A stretch of DNA of 59,594 nt, counting the filler. It is 9 parts of 9 records of this genome, joined end to end, with 100 filler letters (N's around TTAATTAATTAA, not from the genome) between each part and the next. Parts side by side here need not be neighbours in the genome. Positions count along the whole stretch, not along the records: positions 45,018 to 51,412 come from SRR31147125_290968; positions 51,513 to 59,594 come from SRR31147125_291911; 7 more parts are not named here. One strand, written 5' to 3'. This document shows, piece after piece, positions 45,018 to 54,520 of the stretch. A program made the position numbers and the translations under genes. Position 1 is the first letter of the stretch. Every line of letters starts with the position of its first letter. A model generated the notes under the pieces. It saw nothing but the letters and a program-made list of their open reading frames with translations, was not told where the DNA came from and made no database searches.

Positions 45018-46964
45018 GAATTTGTGGACTAGTCAGAAAAAAAGGAATAAAGCCCGATCCCAACACTGGACGGAGAATGCTAAGAACGCTGGACCACAGA
45101 GGTCCTGATAGCACTGGTATGTATATTGATCATCAGGCTTTGCTTGGTCACACCCGTCTTTCAATTATTGATCTGACCGGTGGTGCACAGCCCATGGCAA
45201 ACGAAGATGAATCCATATGGCTTAGCTTTAATGGAGAAATCTACAACTATCTGGAATTGAAAGATATACTGCTTTCAAAGGGTCATCAATTTAGAAACTC
45301 CAGCGATTCGGAAGTGATAATCCATGCTTGGGAGGAATGGGGTATTGATGCGTTCAGGCGCTTCAATGGTCAATGGTCGGTGGCGCTATGGGATACTAGA
45401 AAAAGAGAACTTATATTATCCATCGATCCTTATGGAATCAGGCCCCTCTACTATTCATCGAACGAACAGGACTTGTCTTCGCATCGGAGATAAAGGCAAT
45501 TTTCCAGGATGCTACAATCTCACGCAGTTTCAACTCGGCAGGAATACTAGATATTTATTCCACATGGGGACTGATGGGTTCTCGCACTTGCTTTGAAGGA
45601 ATCTGTCGTTTGTTACCTGGACATATGCTTCAGTTTTCCGAAACTAGCATTGAAATCGAAGACTATAGACGGAAGGAACTGACACAGTTCGTAAAACTGA
45701 GTCACAATGATACTACCGTATCCATCGACGAGGCACTAACGAAAGCTGTAAATCTCCGGTTTACACGAAGTGATGTTCCGGTAGGAGCATACCTATCCGG
45801 CGGTCTAGATTCATCTATTGCAGTCGCGTTGATTCGAAGCCGAACGAATGTACCACTCCAAACCTTCTCAATTCGATTCGGTGATGTTGACTTCGATGAA
45901 GGTGATTACCAACAAGCCTTAGCTGATGATCTTGGAACCAACCACCACTCGATTCGGGTGGAAGCAGACGAGATGATGATGGCGTTTCCGAAAGTAATAC
46001 GCCACACGGAACAGCCGATACTTAGGACAGCGCCGATTCCGATGTTCCTTCTATCCAAACTGGTTAGGGAAAATGGAATCAAAGTTGTTGTCACTGGAGA
46101 AGGGGCTGATGAATTCTTTGCTGGTTATGATATTTTCAAGGAGACTTTCCTGCGGGAACGGATTCTTTCCGGAGCACCAGACCAGGAAATTGAAAAGCTA
46201 GTAGCGGATCTCTATCCTTGGTTGCGTCGAGCGCCGGGTACTACACGAGGTATGGGAAGGAATTCTTCGAGCGCAACTTGAGACGGAACGATCCCTTTAT
46301 GTCCCATAGAACCCGTTGGGATAACGGGATTCCAGTTGCAGCGATGCTTCAGTCAGATCTGACAGCGGGCATTGAAGCCATAGAACAACAGGTATCTCTA
46401 CCTGAAGACTTCGTATCCTGGCCCGCAGTGTATAGAGCTCAGTGGCTAGAAGTCCGAACCCTGTTGAATGGATACCTACTATCCGCCCAGGGAGATCGTA
46501 TGCTAATGGCCAACTCAGTAGAAGGCCGATTTCCCTTCCTAGATCCGAATGTTACATCACTGGCTAACTCACTACCGATGACAGAGAAATTGACTCTAGA
46601 CCTGACAGAAAAAGCAATACTCAAGCAAACTTTCGGCGGCAAGATTCCAGAACGTATCAGAAACCGGCCGAAACAACCTTACCGTGCGCCGGATGCGGCA
46701 GCAATATTCGCAGTAGAATCACATCAAGATTGGATGGATACTGTAATGAATCTAGAGTATATCGAAAGCACCGGATTATTCCGGACAGAAATAGTAAGCG
46801 GATTGTTCGATAAATGCAGACGAAATATCGGGAAACCAATGAGCAATCGAGACAACATGATGGCTGTGGCTGCGGTTTCCACCCTACTACTTCACAGAGA
46901 ATTTATCGGAGAATTTAGGTTTGAGGATCCGGTGGAACCTGATCTGTGGATAGATCATCGTTAG
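45018..46964 (+). CDS. asnB: Asparagine synthetase B-like amidotransferase (first codons missing; 1-nt deletions near 45465 and 46256)
   Basis: GICG, HRGPD, HTRLSIID, FNGEIYN, FASEIKA, YLSGGLDSS, TGEGADE, DRMLMANSVEGRFPFLD, spread over three frames. Confidence 0.92.
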
Positions 46965-48086
46965 GTTGGTCCGTAGATTCAAGCCGCTTCTTCCTGTCGA
47001 TGAATCGGGAAGGATGAGCATAAGAAGTATCTTTAGCTCCATCCAGATACTCAAGTTTTCAGCATAATGGATATCCAAACGAACCTTATCACGCAAGGAC
47101 AAGCTGTTCTTTCCTCTCACCTGCCACAACCCAATTATTCCGGGTACGATATCGAAGCGCCTTTTGTGCCAATGAAGATAGATTTCAGCTTCATCAATCT
47201 GGCATGGACGCGGCCCAATCAGGCTCATTTCGCCTTGTAGTACATTGAAAAACTGCGGAATATCGTCCAGACCCAACCTACGGAGGAATCGTCCCCCAGG
47301 TATGTAACCGGTAATACTGCCATCAGTCGCTTTCTGAGGCTCATTATAGGTAAGCCGGGGCACATTGAAGTCGTAATCTGACCTCAATGTACGGAACTTA
47401 ATCATTTTGAAAACACGGCCACCCAGCCCTACCCGATCACTGATATGGAATGCGGGCCCAGGACTGGCAAGCGGAATCAACACCACAGAGACAACAAAAA
47501 CCGGAGAGGTAAGGATCAGACCAAGAACACTGATGCAGACATCCACAACACGCTTCCACACAGGCATCCTGCGCCGAATAATCGGATCCAGACGATTATC
47601 ATAGGTGGAATAGTAGTCGGGCTCCTCATCCTCCTCATCCACCACCATCTTGATGTTGCTCACCCTCGGATACATGCTGAATTCTACCGACTTGACGATT
47701 TTGAACTCCTGCACATATTCATGAAAACTCTTCATGAATGTCTGGGCACCGCTGATGGTTGTATCCGGCAGAAGGACTCCTATTTTGTTATGAGAATACC
47801 AGCCGGCATGGTCGATATCCCTCATCTTGACGAACAGGGTGGCGATAAACCGGCGGAAGGCATGCCTGGAAACAGCCTCGAAATCAAGTTCCAGATTTAC
47901 CAGGGTAAAGCGGCTGTCGGTACGATCTGCTCTCAGGCGTTCATAATGAATCAGCTGGTGGAATTCTTCGCGGTTCAGAGCGCTGTCATGATGGGAGAAT
48001 GGTTCTTTGAAGGCCTTCAACGGCTTCCATGCGTTCTTTCTGCTCACAAAGGGGCTCTGTCTCGACATCATCACAAGGTTATACAT
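46887..48086 (-). CDS. Priming (initiating) sugar-phosphate transferase with an N-terminal degenerate GGDEF-like domain
   Basis: C-terminal KRVVD-TM-SPGPAF..RVG..KFRT..LDDIPQFFNVLQGEMSLIGPRP..PGIIGLWQV. N-terminal ERLRADR...MRDIDHAGWYSHNKIGVLLPDT. Confidence 0.9.
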   Translation of the reverse strand: MYNLVMMSRQSPFVSRKNAWKPLKAFKEPFSHHDSALNREEFHQLIHYERLRADRTDSRFTLVNLELDFEAVSRHAFRRFIATLFVKMRDIDHAGWYSHNKIGVLLPDTTISGAQTFMKSFHEYVQEFKIVKSVEFSMYPRVSNIKMVVDEEDEEPDYYSTYDNRLDPIIRRRMPVWKRVVDVCISVLGLILTSPVFVVSVVLIPLASPGPAFHISDRVGLGGRVFKMIKFRTLRSDYDFNVPRLTYNEPQKATDGSITGYIPGGRFLRRLGLDDIPQFFNVLQGEMSLIGPRPCQIDEAEIYLHWHKRRFDIVPGIIGLWQVRGKNSLSLRDKVRLDIHYAENLSIWMELKILLMLILPDSSTGRSGLNLRTNLTMIYPQIRFHRILKPKFSDKFSVK

Positions 48087-48267
48087 CAGCTTATTCTTTT
48101 ACTAACCAATAAACAACTACTATTGGTCTTCGTTACCTTTACAAAAAAGATTGAAAAGGATAATCTCTGAACACTTGATACTGTATACCTCCCAAACGTA
48201 AACAGACATTAGAAATTCATATTGATTCATGATTTCCCGAGATTGTCGTGATAGTATGGGTAGTACA

Positions 48268-48732
48268 ATGAACCGCAGATTAAAAAAAGTTCGTCAGACA
48301 ACAGATAGTATTGGACTCTACAACGAGCAGGAAATGGCTCGTATCCATGAATACGAACGTCTGCGGACCGATAGAAACGGAATGAAGTTCTCTCATATCA
48401 CCCTGGGAATAGACTTCAAGCAGCTTCCTGCCAGGAAACTGAATTCTTTCATTGCAGGTATAACCGGGCGCCTGAGAATGACCGACCATATCGGCTGGGA
48501 GAGTACAAACAGCATCGGTGTGATTCTGCCTGGAACGGATGAAGTCGGGGCCCGGCATTTTATCAAAAACACTCAGGAACTGATCAAAGACCTGTCGGGA
48601 ATCAGCGTCGAGCTCACAGCTACTCATCCCCTTCCTGAAACTCTGCTGGCAGCTGTTTCAGCAACGGCACCTATGGTGGAAGCCACGGAGCCTGCAGAAG
48701 CTGAAGAAGTATCCATTCTTCCCTTCAAATAG
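48268..48732 (+). CDS. Stand-alone degenerate GGDEF-like protein with RxxD
   Basis: ERLRTDR...LRMTDHIGWESTNSIGVILPGTDEVGA; clearly similar to the N-terminal domain of the neighbouring transferase. Confidence 0.75.
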   Translation: MNRRLKKVRQTTDSIGLYNEQEMARIHEYERLRTDRNGMKFSHITLGIDFKQLPARKLNSFIAGITGRLRMTDHIGWESTNSIGVILPGTDEVGARHFIKNTQELIKDLSGISVELTATHPLPETLLAAVSATAPMVEATEPAEAEEVSILPFK

Positions 48733-48750
48733 ACTTTCTCTGTTTATTCT

Positions 48751-49413
48751 TTACTTGGTATTCGGAACGACGATAATCAGACCGATTCGAAGGGCAAACA
48801 CAACGTCCTGATCCCACACAAAATCCGACCGCAGTATCAGCATATCATCTTCATGGTACTTGAAGCCGATATCCAGTGATGGCCCATACTCCAGTCTGTG
48901 AGACCTGTACTCGGTTTCGATGCTGGTGACGTTGTCGGTTACTGTATAGCGATTCCGGTCATATTCGAAGAGACCGCTGATACCAATAAAGAACCGCTCT
49001 CTGATATAGAAATCGTGAGACAGTTGAAGTCCGAATCCGAAATTAGTCCCGAAAATGGCTCTGGTATCCGGTAGAGCACTGGCAAAACCAACTCGTATCG
49101 CTGCCGTCAGTGAGAATGGGACAGCCTGTCTCTGCTTCAGCATGACGGTATCGAACTCAAATGAAGCATTGGGGACGACCTCGCTGATTCCGCCAATCTC
49201 CTCAAATATTACACCACCTCGAAGCCCCAGGCCGATTCTGCCGCCGATGGCATATCCGGCATCCAGGAAGATATCGTAGACATAGCCTTCTTTGAATCCG
49301 ACGGATAGCGCAGCGGACGTACCATTCATTCCAAGAGGCAGATAGCGACTCTGAGAGAATCCGGAGACCGAGACCGCTAGGAATACTATGGTGACCAGCA
49401 AATACCGCTTCAT
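48751..49413 (-). CDS. Exported hypothetical protein, predicted beta-barrel
   Basis: Signal peptide; alternating hydrophobic, Gly/aromatic-rich strands. Confidence 0.6.
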   Translation of the reverse strand: MKRYLLVTIVFLAVSVSGFSQSRYLPLGMNGTSAALSVGFKEGYVYDIFLDAGYAIGGRIGLGLRGGVIFEEIGGISEVVPNASFEFDTVMLKQRQAVPFSLTAAIRVGFASALPDTRAIFGTNFGFGLQLSHDFYIRERFFIGISGLFEYDRNRYTVTDNVTSIETEYRSHRLEYGPSLDIGFKYHEDDMLILRSDFVWDQDVVFALRIGLIIVVPNTK

Positions 49414-49474
49414 TTTTTATCCATCTGTTGGCAGTTATCTGTGAATTATGATGTACTCTTAGTACCACCAATAC

Positions 49475-51013
49475 ATGGAGGACTATATGATGGTTCAACA
49501 ACTGCTGTCAAACGCATACGCTGAACATTCGGATTCGATAGCAGTAGTGCATGAAGAGAATAGAATCACCTTCGGAGACCTGCATAGGAAGTCAGATTCA
49601 CTGGCCTCCTATATGCAGAAGCAGTGGAAGATCGGCCGTGGTGATCATGTCAGTATCCTCTATGAGAATTGTCTCGAGTATGTGATTTCGTACTTTGCGA
49701 TTTTGAAGACTGGAGCTACGGTGGTTTCGGTAAACTCCGCTGAGACACCGGACAAGGTGAAAGAAAGCATCGCCCATGCCGAAGCAATCGGTCTTGTAGG
49801 ATCCACGATTCTCTGGAACAAAATGATCCACAGGATCGGGACCCCCGAGACTGTCAGAAACGCCCTGGACTACAGAAACAGCATGGCGCTGATGTCAGAT
49901 GGAGAGGTCTCGAAAGGTACCCTTATAGAAATCCCTGAAAGCACACCCGAGGATCCCCATGGAATCGATCTGGACCTGGCGGAAATCGTTTATACTTCCG
50001 GAAGCACTTCAAAACCGAAAGGGGTGATGCTCAGTCATCGGAACCTGACGACAAATATGCTTTCTATTCAGGACTACTTCAGGCTGCAGGCAGATGACAG
50101 TGTTGTGGTGATCCTTCCCTTATCCTATATATATGGAAAATCACTTCTGCTGACCCATATCCAGGTTGGCGGCAAGATCATTATTGACAATCGCTTCACC
50201 TACCCGGCCCTGGTCCTGGAAACCATAGAGAAAGAGAAAGCCACCGGATTTGCCGGTGTCCCTTCCACGTACAGCATCCTCACAACCAAAACATCACTAG
50301 AAGAATCCAGACTTCCCCACTTGCGTTACGTAGCCCAGGCCGGCGGTGCCATGGCTCCGGCCCTGCAGGAAGATGTCATCAAGGCTATCTCACCGGCGCG
50401 ACTCTTTGTCATGTACGGAGCCACCGAAGCAGCTCCTCGCCTCACCTGGCTACCCCCTGAACGCCTGAACGACAAGATCGGTTCCATCGGCATCCCTTTG
50501 CTCAACGTGGAAATGGTAATTCGGGGACCGGAAGGTGAGGTACTCGGACCGAATAAAGAGGGAGAACTGGCGGCCCGAGGATCCAACATCATGCAAGGGT
50601 ACTGGAAGGACCCGGAGAATACCGGGCGGGTCCTCCAGGACGGGTATTACCTGACAGGGGATTTGGGATATCGTGACGAAGAAGGCTTCTACTTCATCAC
50701 CGGCAGGAAAAGTGACTTTGTTAAAGTTAAGGGATTCCGCATCAGCTGCAAAGAGGTGGAGGAATGCATACTGGAGCTGAACGAGGTTCATGAAATCGCC
50801 GTGATCCCGGCGCCGGACACTGTTTTCGGAGAGGTAATCCGGGCATGCGTGGTACCTGCCGCAGCAGAGTCTGAGGACTTTTTAAAGAAAGCTGCAGCTC
50901 ATGTAGCAAAACAGATCGGTGCCAACAAGGTACCGGCTCAATGGGACTTCCGGGATAGTCTTCCCAAGAATTCTTCAGGCAAAATCATGAAAGAACAACT
51001 GAAAAAGGAATAG
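49475..51013 (+). CDS. ANL-superfamily AMP-dependent ligase
   Basis: YTSGSTSKPKG, MYGATE, YLTGDLG, LPKNSSGKI. Confidence 0.93.
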   Translation: MEDYMMVQQLLSNAYAEHSDSIAVVHEENRITFGDLHRKSDSLASYMQKQWKIGRGDHVSILYENCLEYVISYFAILKTGATVVSVNSAETPDKVKESIAHAEAIGLVGSTILWNKMIHRIGTPETVRNALDYRNSMALMSDGEVSKGTLIEIPESTPEDPHGIDLDLAEIVYTSGSTSKPKGVMLSHRNLTTNMLSIQDYFRLQADDSVVVILPLSYIYGKSLLLTHIQVGGKIIIDNRFTYPALVLETIEKEKATGFAGVPSTYSILTTKTSLEESRLPHLRYVAQAGGAMAPALQEDVIKAISPARLFVMYGATEAAPRLTWLPPERLNDKIGSIGIPLLNVEMVIRGPEGEVLGPNKEGELAARGSNIMQGYWKDPENTGRVLQDGYYLTGDLGYRDEEGFYFITGRKSDFVKVKGFRISCKEVEECILELNEVHEIAVIPAPDTVFGEVIRACVVPAAAESEDFLKKAAAHVAKQIGANKVPAQWDFRDSLPKNSSGKIMKEQLKKE

Positions 51014-51018
51014 AAGAA

Positions 51019-51412
51019 ATGACAAGCAACTTTGAGGCTCTTTACGGTCTGGATTGTGATGCAGAGACCAGGAAGATCTCCGACTTTGTCCGTAGCTCAC
51101 TTGTTTCTCCCCTCAAGAGACGGGGAGTGGTTATCGGATTATCCGGTGGAATCGACAGCAGTACATGTACTGCCCTGTGTTCTCACGCCCTGGGTGCCGA
51201 AAAGGTGTTCACCATTCTGATGCCCGAGCGTGACTCTAGTGAAGAAACATTGGAAATAAGCAGATCCGTCGCTGAGAAGTTCGATGTTGAGTATGTTCAT
51301 GAGGATATTTCCGATATCCTGGACTCTCTGGGATGCTATCAGCGTCAGACAGCCGCTGTACAGAAAGCAGTACCTGAGTACACTGAGGAGTGGAAATTCA
51401 AGATTGTCCTGC
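51019..51412 (+). CDS. nadE: NAD(+) synthetase-like ATP pyrophosphatase (3' truncated)
   Basis: GVVIGLSGGIDSS PP-loop, LMPERDSS; 5 nt after the ligase. Confidence 0.8.
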
Positions 51413-51512
51413 NNNNNNNNNNNNNNNNNNNNNNNNNNNNNNNNNNNNNNNNNNNNTTAATTAATTAANNNNNNNNNNNNNNNNNNNNNNNNNNNNNNNN
51501 NNNNNNNNNNNN

Positions 51513-51857
51513 AAAAAGCCTCTGGAGGGCTTCACCAACTGCAGCCCTGTGCGCGGCTGCGTGACGGAACGCGATCATCCGCTTTTCAAGGTGCCGTATA
51601 CGGATAAGGTACTTGTATACCCGTCGCCGCGCGGGTCCGGCGGTTTCTTGTCGTATGGTATGGGCAAAAAACCCGCGGCGTTTATCCACACGGAGGGTTG
51701 CCCTTTAAGCGTAGTATGCGCTATGGTCGCCCGGGTGCCGTCGATGACCGATTTTGAAAAAGACCCCCTTGACTACATTGAAACAGGCGATCTTGTTTTA
51801 GTCAACGCGGATGAAGGATACATAGAGATCACAAAAAAAGAAGAGGGGGACGACTAA
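51513..51857 (+). CDS. Aconitase X small (swivel, DUF126) subunit, 5' truncated
   Basis: HPL...KVLVYPSPRGS...KPAA...IETGDLVLVNADEG. Confidence 0.85.
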   Translation, partial: KKPLEGFTNCSPVRGCVTERDHPLFKVPYTDKVLVYPSPRGSGGFLSYGMGKKPAAFIHTEGCPLSVVCAMVARVPSMTDFEKDPLDYIETGDLVLVNADEGYIEITKKEEGDD

Positions 51858-51858
51858 C

Positions 51859-53151
51859 GTGATCAAGCTGACTGACGATGAGAAACGACTGCTGCAGGGC
51901 GAGGGGGGAACAATTGCCCAGCTGTGTTTGCAGTTTCTTATGGAAATGGCCGAGGTCTCCGGAGCGGAAAAGCTGATTGATCTCGACGGAACGGGAGATT
52001 TTCACACGCCCCAAACGGCGCTTGTTCCATATTATCAATTTCCCTTGGAGGAGCTTCGCGAGCTGGCCGAGTCCGGCGCGCGCTTCAAAATCCCCACCTT
52101 TGCCAACAAATCGCCCTTCGGCGAGCTGACGCCCGTCCAGGGCTGGGAGCATTGCCATATGTGCTCGCACGGACAGGGTTGCCATGATGACCCGGCCTTT
52201 CACAAGGCCGCCATGCACGAGGAATATTATGAGCTCTACCGCAAGATGGGCATGATGCTGACGCACTCATGCGCGTCTTATATGACAGCGACATATCTGC
52301 CGACTTTCGGCCAACACTGCTCATGGAATGAAAGCTCCGCCGTCCCGTACTGCAATGCGGTATTAGGTGCGCGGACCAACATCGACGGTAGCTTTGCAAC
52401 GTGTTATCTCGGCAAAGCACCGTACTATGACATGCATATAACCGAGAACCGTTACGCAACGGTCCTCGTTAAATCCGACAGGCTTATAAAATCTGATCTT
52501 GAATGGGACGTGTTTGGTTTCGCGGTCGGCGAAGAGTGCGGCGTACATGTGCCGTGCCTTACGGGGACGGCCAAGCCGACAATGACACAATTCATGAAGC
52601 TCAATTCCGGTATGAACACGGGCGGCGCGGTGCGGATGTATCATATTCCCGGCAGCACGCCCGAAGCGCATACGACGGAAATGGCCTTTGGCGGCAAAAA
52701 GCCGAAGCGCGAGGTTGTGATCGGCGAGAGTACACTGGCTAAATCCTATCAAACGCTTAATACCTACGTGACGGACGCGGTGGACCTCGTCTTTATCGGC
52801 TGTCCGCATTACAATATTGTTGATCTGATGGAGCTGGCGCACAAGCTGGAAGGGAAGAAGTGCCGGATTCCGCTGTGGATCATGACGGCGCCCTGGCTGT
52901 ATGATGTGGCGCGGAGTATGGGATACCTGAAGGTATTTGAGGACGCCGGCGCCGCGTTAATGACCGGGACGTGCCTGGCCGCCATGGGTGGTGTTCCGGA
53001 AAACGTCAAAACGCTGGCTGTTGATTCTGCCAAGCAGTCGTATTACATCACGGGCTGCTATCCGGACGAGCCGCTTGGCGTCTGCTATGGCTCACAGAAC
53101 GACTGCATCGACGCCGCGATAACCGGAAAATGGCACGGACAGTGGGTGTAA
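51859..53151 (+). CDS. Aconitase X large (DUF521) subunit
   Basis: LTDDEKRLLQGEGG, SCASY, ESSAVPYCNAVLGARTN, YHIPGSTPEA, FIGCPH, TGTC, DSAK. Confidence 0.9.
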   Translation: MIKLTDDEKRLLQGEGGTIAQLCLQFLMEMAEVSGAEKLIDLDGTGDFHTPQTALVPYYQFPLEELRELAESGARFKIPTFANKSPFGELTPVQGWEHCHMCSHGQGCHDDPAFHKAAMHEEYYELYRKMGMMLTHSCASYMTATYLPTFGQHCSWNESSAVPYCNAVLGARTNIDGSFATCYLGKAPYYDMHITENRYATVLVKSDRLIKSDLEWDVFGFAVGEECGVHVPCLTGTAKPTMTQFMKLNSGMNTGGAVRMYHIPGSTPEAHTTEMAFGGKKPKREVVIGESTLAKSYQTLNTYVTDAVDLVFIGCPHYNIVDLMELAHKLEGKKCRIPLWIMTAPWLYDVARSMGYLKVFEDAGAALMTGTCLAAMGGVPENVKTLAVDSAKQSYYITGCYPDEPLGVCYGSQNDCIDAAITGKWHGQWV

Positions 53152-53221
53152 TATCAGCAGTGTGGCTTTTGTGATCGTTTAGCTGGAGCAGGCTTCAGCG
53201 GTTTGATATAGATAATTAAGG

Positions 53222-53260
53222 TTAAGGGCATCCGTTCGGATGCCCTTAATTTAGTTTTTT
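53222..53260 (+). terminator. Intrinsic terminator after the aconitase X operon
   Basis: TTAAGGGCATCC-gttc-GGATGCCCTTAA followed by a T-rich tract. Confidence 0.85.
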
Positions 53261-53271
53261 AAAAACACTAC

Positions 53272-53302
53272 TTGACTTTCCCCTTACGGGAACCCGTATA
53301 AT
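53272..53302 (+). promoter_or_regulatory. MerR-type promoter with a 19-bp spacer and dyad operator
   Basis: TTGACT-19 nt-TATAAT; the spacer holds TTCCC-cttac-GGGAA. Confidence 0.85.
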
Positions 53303-53345
53303 CATTTACAGAACATGTTCTTATCAATAATCGGGCGGTGACTCA

Positions 53346-53432
53346 ATGCTGACGATCGGTAATTTTTCAAAACTCGGACAGGTGTCCACTAAAACGCTGC
53401 GCTATTATGACCAGATCAGACTTTTTCGATAA
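53346..53432 (+). pseudogene. Truncated MerR-family regulator (28 aa, HTH only)
   Basis: MLTIGNFSKLGQVSTKTLRYYDQIRLFR*; the convergent modC ends 31 nt later, so there is no room for the rest of the gene. Confidence 0.85.
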
Positions 53433-53435
53433 GCT

Positions 53436-53459
53436 GAGGGCTGCCATTTGGCAGTCCTT
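53436..53459. terminator. Hairpin between the MerR stub and modC
   Basis: GAGGGCTGCC-attt-GGCAGTCCTT. Confidence 0.6.
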
Positions 53460-53462
53460 AAA

Positions 53463-54520
53463 CTATTTCTTATCCAGATATAGTATTTTTTGTTCCGGGA
53501 TGTATGCATAGCGGGGAATGGACTTGAGGCCTTCATAGCTTTCCCGGCTCATTTCATAGCGCATTGGCTTGCCTTCTGAAAAGCCCTTCTTACGGATCAT
53601 CAGTATATAGCTGAACGTATCGCGCAATGTGCTGAGCACATCAAATTCAAAGCTGTTGGGATGACCTGCCTCGTCCGTCAGCACGAAGTCATGCGCGCGG
53701 ACGCCGATAAAGCCAATGTCCTCCGGGGACCTGCCGCCCGTATTGAAGGTTAGCGCCCAATCGTCCGTTGAAACATTTCCGTCCCCGGCCGGTGTCGCCG
53801 GGGATATGTTTTTGCAGCCGGTTAAGAGACACGCATCGTAATCACGCGGGTTGCTAAATATGTCCCATTTATCACCGAAGGCTGTCACGCGGCCGTTCGC
53901 CACGACGGCCAGCCGGTCGCAGAGCCGGTAAATTTCATCTCTGTTGTGTGAGACAAAAATGGATGTTCCGCCGAATGCACCGAGTACGCCGGCCATTTCC
54001 TGTTCCAGAAGCCAGCGAATGTAGCTGTCAAGCGCCGAAAAAGGTTCGTCGAGCATGATGACCTCCGGTTCGGAGAGCAGGATGCGGGCCAGCGCGGCGC
54101 GCTGCTGCTGGCCGCCGGATAGCTGGCGCGGATAACGGTCTTCAAACCCCGCCAGACCCATTGTTTTAAGGATGTCCGAAATATTTGTGCGGCACGTGGT
54201 TTGATCGGTTTTCGTTTTTATAACGCACTGGAGGTTTTGGTAAACAGTCATGTTCGGAAATAGCGCCGCGTTTTGGAAAAGATAGCCTGTACGCCGCTTG
54301 CGCGGCGGCACGTTTATTTTTTTGTCGGAATCAAAAAGCGGCACGCCGTCTGAGATGATAACGCCCTCGTCGGGCGTTTCGATGCCCGCGATGCATTTGA
54401 GCGTCATGCTTTTACCGCAGCCGGATGCGCCGAGCATTCCGAGTATCTCATGCTCGGCTTTAAAGCGTATATCCAATTTAAAGTCGGGAAACTTTTTTTG
54501 ATATCAACCTCAAGGGCCAT
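53463..54520 (-). CDS. modC: Molybdate ABC transporter ATPase (1-nt deletion in T7 at 54493-54499)
   Basis: Restored start MALEVDIKKKFPDFKLDI; GASGCGKS, LSGGQQQR, LDEPFSALD. Confidence 0.9.

Noticed and set aside
46887-46964. 78-nt convergent overlap of asnB and the transferase as antisense regulation
   Set aside because: The overlapping tails are non-conserved-looking sequence and could result from another indel; there is no independent support.
7078-51512. Recurring TTAATTAATTAA as a biological repeat, and functional links or gene transfer between neighbouring segments
   Set aside because: It is an artificial six-frame-stop linker inside N-runs; the contigs are unrelated.
53310-53321. AGAACATGTTCT as a LexA box
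   Set aside because: The Firmicute box is GAAC-N4-GTTC; this has a 2-nt spacer.
11880-54499. pdxA, radC, thermonuclease, asnB and modC as pseudogenes or phase-variable genes
   Set aside because: Each has only 1-nt indels at short runs with otherwise intact motifs, the pattern of sequencing error.
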